Of a stretch of 64,000 nt of DNA, positions 30,766 to 41,739 are shown piece after piece (position 1 is the first letter of the stretch; each line of letters opens with the position of its first letter). The stretch spans positions 1 to 64,000 of the forward strand of contig JBBRSB010000005.1 of NCBI GenBank assembly GCA_038245785.1. Direction: 5' to 3'. This stretch comes from Gloeobacterales cyanobacterium. Its GTDB lineage: Bacteria; Cyanobacteriota; Cyanobacteriia; Gloeobacterales; PMM-0068. The position numbers and the translations under genes were made by a program. The notes beneath the pieces were generated by a model. The model was not told where the DNA came from. It saw only the letters and a list, made by a program, of their open reading frames with translations, and did not search any database.

Positions 30766-33700
30766 TTAGACCATCGCCATCTGGCCACCTTTTAGCAACA
30801 GCTCAGCGCCTCTAAGTAAGTCTTCTTCCAAGTAGGGCTTGGTGAAGTAACCTTTGGCTCCTAGCTGATAGGCCGTTTGCCTATGTTTGTCTGCGCTACG
30901 AGAGGTGAGCATAGCAACGGGAAGATGTTTGAGACGGCTATCTTTTTGAACTTGGGAGAGGAACTCAAAGCCGTCCATTCGAGGCATTTCCACATCGCAG
31001 AATACCATATCGCAGGCAAGACCAGCCTTGAGTTTTTCGGTGGCTTCTTGTCCATCTCTGGCCTGTTCTACGCGGTAGCCTGCCTTGATAAACGTCATCG
31101 ATAACAGCTCACGCACCGTGATCGAATCATCCACAATCAGAACAGTAGGTTGGCTTTGCTTCTTGACTACTTTGGCCGGGCGGTATGGTTTCATCTCCTT
31201 GGCGGCAGGGAGTTGGCCTGTCACCATCCCAATCAATTCACCGACATCTGCAATCGACATCACCTGGCCATTGCCAAGAACCGTGACCCCAGCCAACCCC
31301 TGAGGTTTATCTACAGGCCCTTTGAGTTGCTTGATAACAATTTCTTGCTCTTCGATAAAGGCATCCACCCCGACGGCGACGTAAGTCTCTCCGCTGCGGA
31401 GGATGACCGTAGCTACTTCTTTCTCCTTCATAAAGTCTGTGGAAGTACTGATACCAGGACGCTGATAAACCAGCAATTCAGAGAGAGGAACAAAAGGAAT
31501 AAAGCGATCGCGCCAGAGAATGTAACGCCGTTTTCCTTCAGCCTTAATCCGGTCTGTCGGCAGTTCAACCATTTCATCAATACTGTCTAGCGGGAAAGCG
31601 ATCATCGCTTGACCATTGCGACAGAGGATGGCCCGAGAAATACTCAAGGTTAAAGGAAGGCGGATGGTAAAGGTTGTTCCTTCCCCAGGAGTGGAATCAA
31701 TCAGAACATTCCCGCGCAAACGGTTCAGTCTATTCTGAACAACGTCCATACCGACGCCCCGTCCAGCAATCTCCGTCACCTGCTCCACGGTGCTGAAACC
31801 AGGTAGGAAGATCAGGGGGAAGACTTCGCCATCTGTCATCACCGCAGCCTGTTCAGGAGTGAGTAACCCCCGCTCTACCGCTTTGGCTCGGATCCGACGG
31901 GCGTCCAATCCCCGGCCATCATCTTTGACGGAAATGATCGTTTGGTTGCCTTGATGAGAGGCCGAGACAGTAATTTTACCTTTCGCTTTTTTGTTCAATC
32001 TGCGCCGCTCCTCAATCGGCTCAATCCCATGCATCAGGGCATTGGTAGTGAGGTGGGTGAGCGGGTCATATAGCTCTTCTAAGATCGCCTTATCGAGTAA
32101 GGTTTCGCGTCCCAGCAGTTCTAGCTCAACTTCTTTACCCATGTTGATCGAGAGGTCGCGCACGGCGCGGGGTAGACGGTCTACCAGTTCGCTGAGCGGC
32201 AACATCCGGATCTGGTTGAGTCCGTCCTGGAGTTGGGATGAGGTCTGCCGGAATTGACGGCTGGTTTCATCCGACTCATCCGTGACAAATTCAATATCGT
32301 CGGAAGCTTCTTTAATCCGTACGATCAGTTCCATAATCTCCTGAGAGAGGGTATGGAAGGCGGTGTAGCGGTCCATCTCTAGAGCATCAAAAGCTTCTTG
32401 GCCCCGATTGATATCGGCAATTGGGCTGGAAGTAGCTCCTGGAGCCTGAATGCCAAGTACAGATTTGTCGTAGTATTCCTCTAGCTCTCGGCTGACTCGG
32501 TCCATTTTGGTAACCCGCTGCTGGAGCATTTCCAAGGAAGCCCGGAGACGAGTCTGCTGATTCTCGAGGGTATTGCGGTTGATGACGAGTTCGCCTACCA
32601 AATTGCTCAAACCATCTAAGTGGCGCACTTCTACCCGCATGGTGCGACGGACCACAGGTCCGGTCAACGGAGCCCGTGACTCTGCGGATGCCGCCACCGC
32701 TGGTTGGGGAATTTCACGACCACCGCGCTCAGGCGGTGTTCCAGTACGGGTGGGACGACGGGCAGGACGTGCCGCAGGGGTCGCTTTGGGCGCAGGAGTC
32801 GCAGGAGTAATAATAACAGGAGAAGGAAGAATATCTGTAGCTTGAGTCTGTTCCACAGCTTCTTTAGGAGCGTCAAACAAGGCTGCCAGATCCATCTCTT
32901 CATCAGAATTGACGGTAGAAGCAAGTTCCTTCGAGGCAGGTGAGCTTTCCCGCTCCATCTCAGGCATGGAGGTAAACAAGTCGGCCAGAGAGTCTGCTGT
33001 TTCCGAGACCGCAACTGGTTCCTGTAAGCGCAGCTCACGTGCCAAGTCGTATCCGGCAGCCGAAGGCGAGAAGGGGGGTTCGGCTTCGTCTTCGGGGAAA
33101 AGACTGGAGAGCGATGCTATCGTATCTTGCTCTTGGGCCTGTTCTTGCTTGACTAGCTGTTCGAGGACAGGAGCTGGAGCCACAATGAAGTTGTCTTTGG
33201 GCGGAGCAAATAGTTGAGCGAGGATGTCGCCAAGGGATTCCTCTTCGGAAAGCTCCGCAACTGCAGCCATCGGCTCTACCGCTGGAGCTTCTAGAGAAAC
33301 CAGAGGGACCACAGCTTCGGCTACAGGAAGTTCTAACTCTTCTGATAGTAGAGACTCTAAAGCTGAAGCGGTCAGCCCCATACCAAGGGTGACTTCTAGG
33401 ACTCCTGGGATTTCCAAAACTGCTGTTTCTTCTGCCGCAGTTTCCACGACCTCTGGTGCGAACAGGTCGAACAGTTCTTCTGGCACAACCATGGGAATTT
33501 CAGGGAGCACTTCTGGGGCCAGAACTTCCGCAAGGATTTCTTGCGTAAGCTGCTCTTCTGCAAGAACCTCTGACAGGATTTCCTGTGTGGGCCGCTCTTC
33601 TACTTCTTCAATCACCGGCACTGGGAACCCAGCACATTCCATGAGCCAAGGAGAAGGTTTTACCTGAGCGCCATCGCCCTGCAGAATCAGCGCTTTTGAT

Positions 33701-35388
33701 TGCTGGAATTCTGCCAGTACCCTGAAGCCCATCTCTTGCCAGCAAGAATCTCCACTGCGCAAGAGCGCCATCGCCAAGGTTTGACAGAGATTTTCCCACT
33801 GGGAGTATCCGTTGGCTGTGCCTAGCTCTGTCAGAGTCCGAGCCAGGGTCAGTATCTCTTCGCGCACAGGCTCAAACCGAGGCTGGATGAAGCATTCCTG
33901 TAGAGCGTAAATCCCTTCATCGACTTCTTCTAAGAATTCAGCGGGTAGCGTAAGCGGTTCTGGTTCTGCGGGGGCTGCGACTAATTCGGGTTCTGCCTGG
34001 GATAGGACAGCAAAAATCTCTACTGGTTCTGGCTCTATCGGTTCTGGCGCTTCGAAGGCTAGAGGGACAGTAACAAGTTCTGCTTCAACAAATATGGGTT
34101 CTTCTTGAGGTATGGCTTCAACAATTTCTGCTATTTCTGTTGCTTCTACTAGCGGTGCTGTGACCTCGAGCGGTACTTCCAGAGAGGCCAGAACGAGTTC
34201 AGGCTCTGTCTCTTGCCCTGTAAGGTCCCCAGTAGATGCAATGGCCTCTACTACAGGAACTGCAAGCGGTACTTCAGGAGCCAGGACAAATTCAGGTTCT
34301 GTTTGGGAGAGCGCTTCTATTTCAACAGCCACAGGTTCATAAGCTGCTACCTCAATGCCGTTGAGCTTTTGCTCAATGCGCATCAGCAGAGGTTCAACTT
34401 CTTGCAGGGCGGCTTCGTCTAGTTCAAGATTGACAGCCGGTAGTCGATCAACGACACCTTGTAAGATAATCCGAGCTTGATCTAAATAGCTATGGAGGAC
34501 GGCATCAAAAAGCGCAGGCTGATTGTGGATTTCACGGCAAAAATGCTCCAAGCGAAAGGCAATTTGCCGGATCGCTTGCAGGTGGAGCATAGCAGCTCCT
34601 CCCTTGAGGGAGTGAAAAGACCGATATAGCTCTTCGCGGATTTCGTCTAGATCTAGGCTTGGGTCAAAATCTGGGGTGCTTAGGGACAGCAAGTTCCGCT
34701 CGGCAGTCACTAAGTTCTCTTGGGCTTCTTCAATAAAATATCCCAAAATTCTCTGTTGGTCAGGACTGAGCGGCGTATGCACTAAAGTCGTTACTACAGG
34801 AGCAGGAAGCCCGGTTATAGGAGCGACGGGAGGGACAGAAATTTCAGGTTTTTCTTCTTCAACTTCTTCAACTAGTGTTGCCTGTTCTAACTCAAATGGT
34901 TTTAATGTTTCTACTGCTTCTGGCTGTTCTAGCCAAAGCTGTTCTATCTCAAAGGGTTCTAAAGTTTGTATAGAATCTGTGCTTAGGTTATTGAGCTTGG
35001 CTGCAATCTTCTCTCCGATTGGCCCCATATCAGCTAAACACTTCTCATTGATGACTGGGTCAATCGTCGGTAGCGCGTAGAACATAACCTTGAGCAGATC
35101 TAGCCCCTGCAAGAGGTAGCCTTCTAACTCTTGGTCTATGTGCAGTTGGCGGTCTTGCAAGATGTTGAAACAATCTTCTAGTTTGTGAGAGACACCCAGG
35201 ATTGCCTGGAGGCCCAGCATGGCGGCTCCACCCTTGACTGAGTGCGCAGCCCGAAATAGTTCTCTGAGAACATCTGCAGGGTCATCACTGTACTGTAGCT
35301 CCATCAAGCCCTGTTCCATCGTATTGAGATGGTCACGGGCTTCCTCGATAAAGTACTCCAGGATGCGTTGCTGTGCGTCTTGCTCCAT
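30766..35388 (-). CDS. CheA-like hybrid histidine kinase (HmpE/PilL type)
   Basis: Hpt domains (AAHSVKGG, SFHSLKGG), dimerisation domain, HATPase (DDGRG, GRGVGMD), CheW domain and C-terminal receiver. Confidence 0.95.
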   Translation of the reverse strand: MEQDAQQRILEYFIEEARDHLNTMEQGLMELQYSDDPADVLRELFRAAHSVKGGAAMLGLQAILGVSHKLEDCFNILQDRQLHIDQELEGYLLQGLDLLKVMFYALPTIDPVINEKCLADMGPIGEKIAAKLNNLSTDSIQTLEPFEIEQLWLEQPEAVETLKPFELEQATLVEEVEEEKPEISVPPVAPITGLPAPVVTTLVHTPLSPDQQRILGYFIEEAQENLVTAERNLLSLSTPDFDPSLDLDEIREELYRSFHSLKGGAAMLHLQAIRQIAFRLEHFCREIHNQPALFDAVLHSYLDQARIILQGVVDRLPAVNLELDEAALQEVEPLLMRIEQKLNGIEVAAYEPVAVEIEALSQTEPEFVLAPEVPLAVPVVEAIASTGDLTGQETEPELVLASLEVPLEVTAPLVEATEIAEIVEAIPQEEPIFVEAELVTVPLAFEAPEPIEPEPVEIFAVLSQAEPELVAAPAEPEPLTLPAEFLEEVDEGIYALQECFIQPRFEPVREEILTLARTLTELGTANGYSQWENLCQTLAMALLRSGDSCWQEMGFRVLAEFQQSKALILQGDGAQVKPSPWLMECAGFPVPVIEEVEERPTQEILSEVLAEEQLTQEILAEVLAPEVLPEIPMVVPEELFDLFAPEVVETAAEETAVLEIPGVLEVTLGMGLTASALESLLSEELELPVAEAVVPLVSLEAPAVEPMAAVAELSEEESLGDILAQLFAPPKDNFIVAPAPVLEQLVKQEQAQEQDTIASLSSLFPEDEAEPPFSPSAAGYDLARELRLQEPVAVSETADSLADLFTSMPEMERESSPASKELASTVNSDEEMDLAALFDAPKEAVEQTQATDILPSPVIITPATPAPKATPAARPARRPTRTGTPPERGGREIPQPAVAASAESRAPLTGPVVRRTMRVEVRHLDGLSNLVGELVINRNTLENQQTRLRASLEMLQQRVTKMDRVSRELEEYYDKSVLGIQAPGATSSPIADINRGQEAFDALEMDRYTAFHTLSQEIMELIVRIKEASDDIEFVTDESDETSRQFRQTSSQLQDGLNQIRMLPLSELVDRLPRAVRDLSINMGKEVELELLGRETLLDKAILEELYDPLTHLTTNALMHGIEPIEERRRLNKKAKGKITVSASHQGNQTIISVKDDGRGLDARRIRAKAVERGLLTPEQAAVMTDGEVFPLIFLPGFSTVEQVTEIAGRGVGMDVVQNRLNRLRGNVLIDSTPGEGTTFTIRLPLTLSISRAILCRNGQAMIAFPLDSIDEMVELPTDRIKAEGKRRYILWRDRFIPFVPLSELLVYQRPGISTSTDFMKEKEVATVILRSGETYVAVGVDAFIEEQEIVIKQLKGPVDKPQGLAGVTVLGNGQVMSIADVGELIGMVTGQLPAAKEMKPYRPAKVVKKQSQPTVLIVDDSITVRELLSMTFIKAGYRVEQARDGQEATEKLKAGLACDMVFCDVEMPRMDGFEFLSQVQKDSRLKHLPVAMLTSRSADKHRQTAYQLGAKGYFTKPYLEEDLLRGAELLLKGGQMAMV

Positions 35389-35407
35389 GGAAAAGCTCCT
35401 TTATCCG

Positions 35408-37579
35408 TTAGCTATTAAAAGATATGAACGGGTTGCCGTGGCTTTCTAAAGCCGATTCCACGGAGTCTTCTGCGGTAGGCCTATCGTCAGACTGCGGGCT
35501 TTTTGAGACCTGGAAACGGTCGGTGGAGGTCTCCAGACTATTGGACACCGCTACGAGCTCATGCAGAGAGTCAGAAACACGACGAGCTTCTTTTGAAGTT
35601 GTTTGAGCAGTACCTTCTAGCCCTTCCATGACCTTGGCTACCACACGCGCTGTTTCTTCTTGATCTACAGCCGTATGGGCAATGCCTGTAACTAGCATGT
35701 CAATCTGGCGTGAGACGGTAATAATCTCATCCAGAGAAGCTTTAGACTGTTGAGCTACGGCCGTTCCCTGAATGACCTGGTTAATTCCGGTATCCATGGC
35801 CGCCATAACACCGCTGGTCTCTGATTGAATATTTAGTACAATCTGTTCGATTTCTCGGGTTGCTTTGGCTGCCCGGTCGGCCAACTGGCGCACCTCATCC
35901 GCTACGATAGCGAACCCCCGTCCTGCCTCTCCGGCCCGTACCGCTTCAATACTGGCATTCAGCGCCAGCAGATTGGTTCGAGAAGAGAGCTGGTTGATCA
36001 GAGCAACGATCTTAGAAATTTCTTGCGTAGATTCTGCTAAGCGCTTTACTTTCTTGCCGGTCTCTGAGACCGTTTCGCGGATCGCTAAAATTCCTGCTAC
36101 TGTCCGCTCTACCGCTTCTCCCCCGCGCGTTGCCGTTTCGCTGGCTTGACGTGCTACCGTCTCCGCTGTCCGTGCGTTTTGGGCTACTTGCTGGATAGAC
36201 TCCGTCATATTGCGCACGGCCCAGAGGGTCTGACCAATTTCCTCGGATTGGCGTAAGGCATCGGTGGATAGACCACGGGCAAACTGTTCGTTCTCCAGAG
36301 CAGAAAGGCTGACCTGTCCGGCCGTTAGCTTGACCTTGCGGACCAGTTGGCTGAGGTTCTGAATAGTCAAGTTGAAGGAGTCTGCGACTGCTCCCATAAT
36401 GTCTGCGGTGACTTCCGCCTGGACTGTCAGGTCTCCCCGCGCAGCGCCCTCAACTTCATCCAAAAGTTTGATTACTTGGCGCTGTAGATCTTCTTTCTCT
36501 TGCTTTTGTCTGCTGGACTCTTGCTGCTGTTCCTTCAGAAAGGTACCGAGCTTGCTCATCAAACTCTTGGCAGGGTCTATCAGCTTTTTAGAGGTTTGGG
36601 AGAGAAGTACTAAGGAAGCTGCTGTTCCGAGCAGGACCGGCAAACCATAGAAAGCGGCTTTATCCAGCGGCAGTCCTTCTGTGATGGCCCAACCTAACCC
36701 TAAAAAGCCTCCTATTCCTGGAATCAACACGATCGGGAGCAAAGTTTTCCCGATTTGCTCTTGTTGTGAAACTGCACTTTCAAACTCTGCTGGGCTCAGG
36801 AGGTCTTCCTGTTTGCTGGGAGGAGTATTGGACGCTGGAGCCTGCGAAGAACGGTCTTCTAACATTGTGCTCATCATCGGACTGGGTAAGCCCATATCTG
36901 CATAGGAACTTTGTTCTCTCATTTCTTCTCGGCTGGGCTCATTGGAACGGGTTGCATAGTTTGGAGCAGGATAATCTTGCGCAGAAGGGGCCGTCGATTC
37001 AGTCTCTGGAGAGGAGAAAGGTTCCAGATAAAAATTTTGATAAGCGATCGCTTCTGACGGCGAAGGTTCCTCTCTAGGTTCTTCTTGCAGAAAATTTGTG
37101 GGACCCAGGTTGCTAGTTGGATAGGGGAGTTCAGATTCTGGACTGGCAAAACTGGAGTCTGGGGATTCGTAGTTGTTCATTCCAAAAAAGGGCTCGGATT
37201 CGCTTGCAGACATAGGACTGGCCACCGTTTGGGGTTCCATATTTTCCAGGTCCAATCGCTGTAGCGCCTTGTGCGCTGTTTGGTGAATTTCAGGATCAGC
37301 ATTGAGCCCTAGAACCTTCTCATATTGGATCCGTGCCATATCAGGGCGACCTATTTGCTGTTGGGCTGAAGCCAACCAGAGACGAAGATTTGGGTCTTCA
37401 GGCTGGACATCTACAAGATGGGTAAACAGATTGACGGCTTCCTCGTAATTCTCTTGAGCAAAAGCCTCTACTGCTTGTTGATATTCGGTTGCCGAAACCA
37501 TGGTCCTACCTCTTTTGAAACTCGTCTTTGAAAACTCATCTTGCATGCGCTGGGTGAATGGTCTTAGGCTGCTGCCCAT
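35408..37579 (-). CDS. Methyl-accepting chemotaxis protein with N-terminal TPR (HmpD/PilJ type)
   Basis: [28 protein letters not shown]; two TM segments; start may be ATG 37501. Confidence 0.93.
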   Translation of the reverse strand: MGSSLRPFTQRMQDEFSKTSFKRGRTMVSATEYQQAVEAFAQENYEEAVNLFTHLVDVQPEDPNLRLWLASAQQQIGRPDMARIQYEKVLGLNADPEIHQTAHKALQRLDLENMEPQTVASPMSASESEPFFGMNNYESPDSSFASPESELPYPTSNLGPTNFLQEEPREEPSPSEAIAYQNFYLEPFSSPETESTAPSAQDYPAPNYATRSNEPSREEMREQSSYADMGLPSPMMSTMLEDRSSQAPASNTPPSKQEDLLSPAEFESAVSQQEQIGKTLLPIVLIPGIGGFLGLGWAITEGLPLDKAAFYGLPVLLGTAASLVLLSQTSKKLIDPAKSLMSKLGTFLKEQQQESSRQKQEKEDLQRQVIKLLDEVEGAARGDLTVQAEVTADIMGAVADSFNLTIQNLSQLVRKVKLTAGQVSLSALENEQFARGLSTDALRQSEEIGQTLWAVRNMTESIQQVAQNARTAETVARQASETATRGGEAVERTVAGILAIRETVSETGKKVKRLAESTQEISKIVALINQLSSRTNLLALNASIEAVRAGEAGRGFAIVADEVRQLADRAAKATREIEQIVLNIQSETSGVMAAMDTGINQVIQGTAVAQQSKASLDEIITVSRQIDMLVTGIAHTAVDQEETARVVAKVMEGLEGTAQTTSKEARRVSDSLHELVAVSNSLETSTDRFQVSKSPQSDDRPTAEDSVESALESHGNPFISFNS

Positions 37580-38115
37580 TGTTTGGCGGTGACGATGGAG
37601 CCAGGAGTAAGGAGGATCACAGGTTGGTCCTCAGTGTGGAACTTGCCCTGAATATGTTGGGCCAATCCTTCTTCTAAAGATTGATTCACCATCTCTTCAA
37701 TCTGGTCTGCATTGATCCAGGCCATACCTTGGATAGCGTGCACGGCCAATCCCAAAACTCCTTCTCCCTCTTGCACAACAATCACGGAACAGGAACCGAT
37801 AAATTCTGTACTGGCCTGACCGTAGAGCTGGCGAAGGTCCAGAATCCAGATAATTTCTCCCCGTAAATTAAAGGTTCCCAAAAGGAGTGAAGAGATATTG
37901 GGCATAGGCGTAATTTGCTCTGGCAAAATCTCTACGACTTCGACAACGGTAGTAGCGGCGAAAGCAAATTGTTCTTCTCCAGACAGACCAAAGCGCAGGT
38001 AAAGGTCTCCTTGCGGTATGGGCATGCGGGGAGCGTCTTCTAAGGGAGTGAGGTCTATCCCTCGGAAAGCGGTGTTTACTGCGTTCGAGTCTCGTGCGTT
38101 CAAGTCTTGTGCCAT
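37564..38115 (-). CDS. CheW adaptor (HmpC/PilI type)
   Basis: [23 protein letters not shown]. Confidence 0.92.
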   Translation of the reverse strand: MAQDLNARDSNAVNTAFRGIDLTPLEDAPRMPIPQGDLYLRFGLSGEEQFAFAATTVVEVVEILPEQITPMPNISSLLLGTFNLRGEIIWILDLRQLYGQASTEFIGSCSVIVVQEGEGVLGLAVHAIQGMAWINADQIEEMVNQSLEEGLAQHIQGKFHTEDQPVILLTPGSIVTAKQWAAA

Positions 38116-38121
38116 GCAGCC

Positions 38122-38487
38122 TTATCTCTTAAGTAGATTTCTAACGATTTGAATCAGTTCTTGGGCAATAAAGGGCTTGGTGATGTAGGCATCTGCTCCC
38201 TGCTTCATACCCCAATAACGGTCAAATTCTTCCCCTTTAGAACTGCACATCACCACGGGCAACTGTTGGGTAACCGGGTTGGATTTCAGCCTGCGGCATA
38301 CTTCGTAGCCATTCAGCCGAGGCATAATGATGTCCAGAACTACAAGATCAGGGCGGATACGCTCCACCTGATTGAGCGCTTCCAGTCCATCCTGGACAGA
38401 GATTACTTCAATCCCGTTTTCGCGCAGCACACTCGCAATCATTTCTCGCTGGGATAAATTGTCTTCGACAAGCATTACGGTGCTCAT
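38122..38487 (-). CDS. CheY-like response regulator (HmpB/PilH type)
   Basis: Single receiver domain, LDIIMP, DRYWGMKQGADAYITKP. Confidence 0.93.
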   Translation of the reverse strand: MSTVMLVEDNLSQREMIASVLRENGIEVISVQDGLEALNQVERIRPDLVVLDIIMPRLNGYEVCRRLKSNPVTQQLPVVMCSSKGEEFDRYWGMKQGADAYITKPFIAQELIQIVRNLLKR

Positions 38488-38494
38488 GGCAATC

Positions 38495-39676
38495 TCATGA
38501 AAGGGTTTTAGAAGAAGGGGTAGAAGAAGAGGAAGGAGAAGATACAGAATTGTTCTCAGCAGAGCCTACATACTTATCAACAATGGCCAACAGCTCCTGC
38601 TCGCCAAAGGGCTTGGTCAGGTACTCTGTGGCCCCAGCCATACGGGCTCTCACTCTGTCAATGAAGCCGTCTTTGCCTGTGAGCATGACCACAGGAGTTT
38701 TATGAAACGCTCCTGATTTGCGAATCATGGCGCATAGCTCATAGCCATCCATCTTCGGCATGGCAATATCCATGAGGATCAGGTCTGGCATCAGCTTGTA
38801 CAAATCGGCAATTGCCTTAACCGGGTTGGCAATGGTATGAACCTGATACCCTCTGCCACCGAGGAAATTTTCTACACTTTTCTGAATGACAATACTGTCA
38901 TCAATGCAGACTACGACCCGGCTTCCGCTAGAAGCACTAGAAGCACGTATCGGAGCAACTTCCAAGTCGCGAATACCTAGAATTCCCTCTTCTACGTAGG
39001 GCATGATGGCCTTGGTTACGGTCACGATGTCGCGGCAGAGAAAGCGAGCAATAGAGCGGAGACTATGGGTCCCGTTTATCCAGCGAACGAGTTGGTCATA
39101 GGCTGTTTTAGGTAGCTTTTGCTGTAGCAGGTCTTGAGAATTGATGAAAGGACGCTGTTCAGGGGAGAGCACACGAGGCTGGAGTTTTTGCCACTCCGTC
39201 ATCCGAGCGCCGACCCGCTTGAGGGTCAAGCCTACTTCCAAGGGGAGCAGCACCGCTGCCATCGATGGTTTGTCATCAAAAATAAAAGAGCCCTGGTTCA
39301 GGGTCATCAGATCGAAAAACACTTCTTCGACCATGGCTTGAATGATCTGTTTAGCCTGGACGGACTCAAGCTGTCCCTGGTTCACCAATTGAACGAGAAA
39401 GGCGTACTCCGGAGCTGTTTGATCGGCGGAAGGTTCTAAAATATGCCGATCTTCAACCAAATGTGTGAGGTTGAAGCGCTGCAAATAGTCTTTGAGCCGT
39501 CTAAATCCGCCTTCCGTCTCAGCGGCATAAATACAACGCCCTTGCTCAAAGGCGACGACCCAGAAGCGGTTCTTCTGTTCCGTTTCCAGAAAGAGTTCTC
39601 CGGAGCGTTGACCTAATTCAATGAGCTGAAGAAGGTTAGAGGCATCCATCTCATGGAGTTTTCCCTGCATCGGCAT
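38495..39676 (-). CDS. PatA-type response regulator (PATAN plus receiver; PilG type)
   Basis: MQGKLHEMD..LLQLIELGQRSGEL N-terminus and C-terminal receiver. Confidence 0.9.
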   Translation of the reverse strand: MPMQGKLHEMDASNLLQLIELGQRSGELFLETEQKNRFWVVAFEQGRCIYAAETEGGFRRLKDYLQRFNLTHLVEDRHILEPSADQTAPEYAFLVQLVNQGQLESVQAKQIIQAMVEEVFFDLMTLNQGSFIFDDKPSMAAVLLPLEVGLTLKRVGARMTEWQKLQPRVLSPEQRPFINSQDLLQQKLPKTAYDQLVRWINGTHSLRSIARFLCRDIVTVTKAIMPYVEEGILGIRDLEVAPIRASSASSGSRVVVCIDDSIVIQKSVENFLGGRGYQVHTIANPVKAIADLYKLMPDLILMDIAMPKMDGYELCAMIRKSGAFHKTPVVMLTGKDGFIDRVRARMAGATEYLTKPFGEQELLAIVDKYVGSAENNSVSSPSSSSTPSSKTLS

Positions 39677-39951
39677 CCTTGTCCTGATCGTGATGGTTTG
39701 CGATCTCTAAGACCGTCCGCTACTCGCAGAGGTAACACCATGGGGCGTCACGCACTATGAGGAGCCTGATCTCAGTCTTCCCTCCGTGAGCTCACGGACC
39801 TCTCGCTGCAATATAAAGATTTGGTTAATTCTCTGTGTATTAGCGCGATTACGGAGCCACAGGAATTTCGAGCGCAGGTAATAATACGCGCAGCGGAAAA
39901 GGGTAGACTGATTTATAAAGACACCGACTAACCTTTACCCTTCATCAACAC

Positions 39952-41739
39952 GTGCGCTACCTAGGAATCATTCAGCGCAAAAGCAAAACTTTTCTGGGCC
40001 AGCAGGAGCTTTATCTGCTAGCGAAAGAAGAGGGCGACTATGTTTGGAAAGCGACGCAAGGTCAGCTTTCTTCAGACCAGCTAAGCCGATTTGGACCCGG
40101 TGCGATGGTGATTGCAGAAATCACGCAAGGGAAACAACTCCAGCGGGTAGAAGATGCAGCGCCTCATCTCGTAGCGATTCTTCAAGGATTTGTACGCTTT
40201 ACGGACAATTTGCGGAATCAGTCCAGTGAGATAGATCTTTGGCGCAATGCTCTAGATCTTCAAGCGAAGGCGGTTTCAGACCGTGAGCAAGAGTTGATGG
40301 ATTGGGAAAATCGTCTGGCGCTATTTCAGCAAGAATTGGGCATTCAGCAGAGTCCCTCAGGCGGAATAGTCGGTGCTAGTGAAGCAGGTTCCCAGCAAAA
40401 CGAAGCCGAATTCATCAAGTTGCGTTCTGTCTTAGACAACAAAGAGCAGCAACTCATAGCTATGCATGGTGAGCTTGACCAACTCAGAAGCAAAATCCAA
40501 GGACAAGAAGAACTAGGTCAGCTCCTTCAAACTTCCAATGCGGATCTACAAAAGGAGTTAGAGCAAGCCCATGAGCGCTATGAGCAATTGACTTGGGCCA
40601 ATCAAAATCAGCAGGCTGACCGTTCTGTCTCTGTGGATAACACCTTAGTAGTCTCTCTGCAGGAAGTTCTACAAGCCCAACAGCTACATCATCAAGAAAA
40701 TGATCAAAATTTCAATGCCCTGCTGCAAGACCTGGATACCACACTCGACAAGCTCCGGATGCAAGCGCAGCAATTGGCGGAGAGCCAGCAGGCGCATCAA
40801 GCTGAAACGCTAAATTTAGCAGAGCTCTATCGACACCTCCAATCCCAAAATCAAGAAGCTCTTGCCCAAAGTCTGCAGTGGGAACAGACCGAGGGTGTGT
40901 TTCAAGCCTATAGTCAGCACTATCAGAAGTATCAAAAGTTCCTCGCGAGTCTTGAGGACCTCTATACCCAGCAGCGTCAGGCTTCTGCCCTGTTAGAAGA
41001 GCAAGTAGGACCTGCAGGGGTCACCGAAGCGCTTTCTCCAGAATTAGAGAAAAAACGTCAAGAGCTTCGTCGTTCTGCTCAACAGGTCCAAGACCAAGAG
41101 TATGAACTGCTAGAGATAGAGCAGCATGTCCAAAGTTTGCAAGACCGTTTAGAAAAGATGAAGAAGGAAGGCGCTTCCGAGGACGATATTGAGGAAGTCG
41201 TAGATGATTTGGACTTCCAGCAGCAGCGCTGTCAGATTCTAAAAGAAGGCCTTGCACCCCAGCAACAACGGTTAAAACAATCGGAAGAAGAGCTACAGCA
41301 GCAAATCAATGCCTTCCGGCAAAGCTCGGGTGCAGGCTCGTCTTCAATTCCAGTGCCCGAGGTACTAGAGCCCCTGGTCCATCAGATGGCAGAACGGGTC
41401 CAGCAACTTGCTCAATATCTGAAAACTCAAGAAGAAGAGCTATCTTCTTGGTGGCAGCAGGTTCAGGAGCAACTGCAGCAGCATCAGCAGCAAAAAAGTC
41501 TATGGCAAGAATTGACGGACCACCTAACAGCCCAAGAAGCGTCCTATCAGCTTCAGTGGTCTGCATATCAAGACCAGCAACAAAAGCTCCAAGAACAGAT
41601 CCAGGTTATTCAGCACACTCAAGAAGTATTGCTTCAACAACGGAATGATTTGGTTACTTTGCAGGGGAGCCTGAATGGCCATTTAGAGCAACCTTTGCAG
41701 ATGCTTCAAGATCTACTAGAGGGCGAAGTTAAAAACTAA
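39952..41739 (+). CDS. hmpF: HmpF-like pilus motility coiled-coil protein
   Basis: MRYLGIIQRK..L.LLA..W N-terminus, EIDLWR..L..Q, long coiled coil; divergent from the PatA-CheY-CheW-MCP-CheA cluster, as in hmp loci. Confidence 0.7.
   Translation: MRYLGIIQRKSKTFLGQQELYLLAKEEGDYVWKATQGQLSSDQLSRFGPGAMVIAEITQGKQLQRVEDAAPHLVAILQGFVRFTDNLRNQSSEIDLWRNALDLQAKAVSDREQELMDWENRLALFQQELGIQQSPSGGIVGASEAGSQQNEAEFIKLRSVLDNKEQQLIAMHGELDQLRSKIQGQEELGQLLQTSNADLQKELEQAHERYEQLTWANQNQQADRSVSVDNTLVVSLQEVLQAQQLHHQENDQNFNALLQDLDTTLDKLRMQAQQLAESQQAHQAETLNLAELYRHLQSQNQEALAQSLQWEQTEGVFQAYSQHYQKYQKFLASLEDLYTQQRQASALLEEQVGPAGVTEALSPELEKKRQELRRSAQQVQDQEYELLEIEQHVQSLQDRLEKMKKEGASEDDIEEVVDDLDFQQQRCQILKEGLAPQQQRLKQSEEELQQQINAFRQSSGAGSSSIPVPEVLEPLVHQMAERVQQLAQYLKTQEEELSSWWQQVQEQLQQHQQQKSLWQELTDHLTAQEASYQLQWSAYQDQQQKLQEQIQVIQHTQEVLLQQRNDLVTLQGSLNGHLEQPLQMLQDLLEGEVKN

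Noticed and set aside
31085..37149. Many plus-strand ORFs over cheA and the MCP gene
   Set aside because: Antisense shadows of long, well-supported genes.
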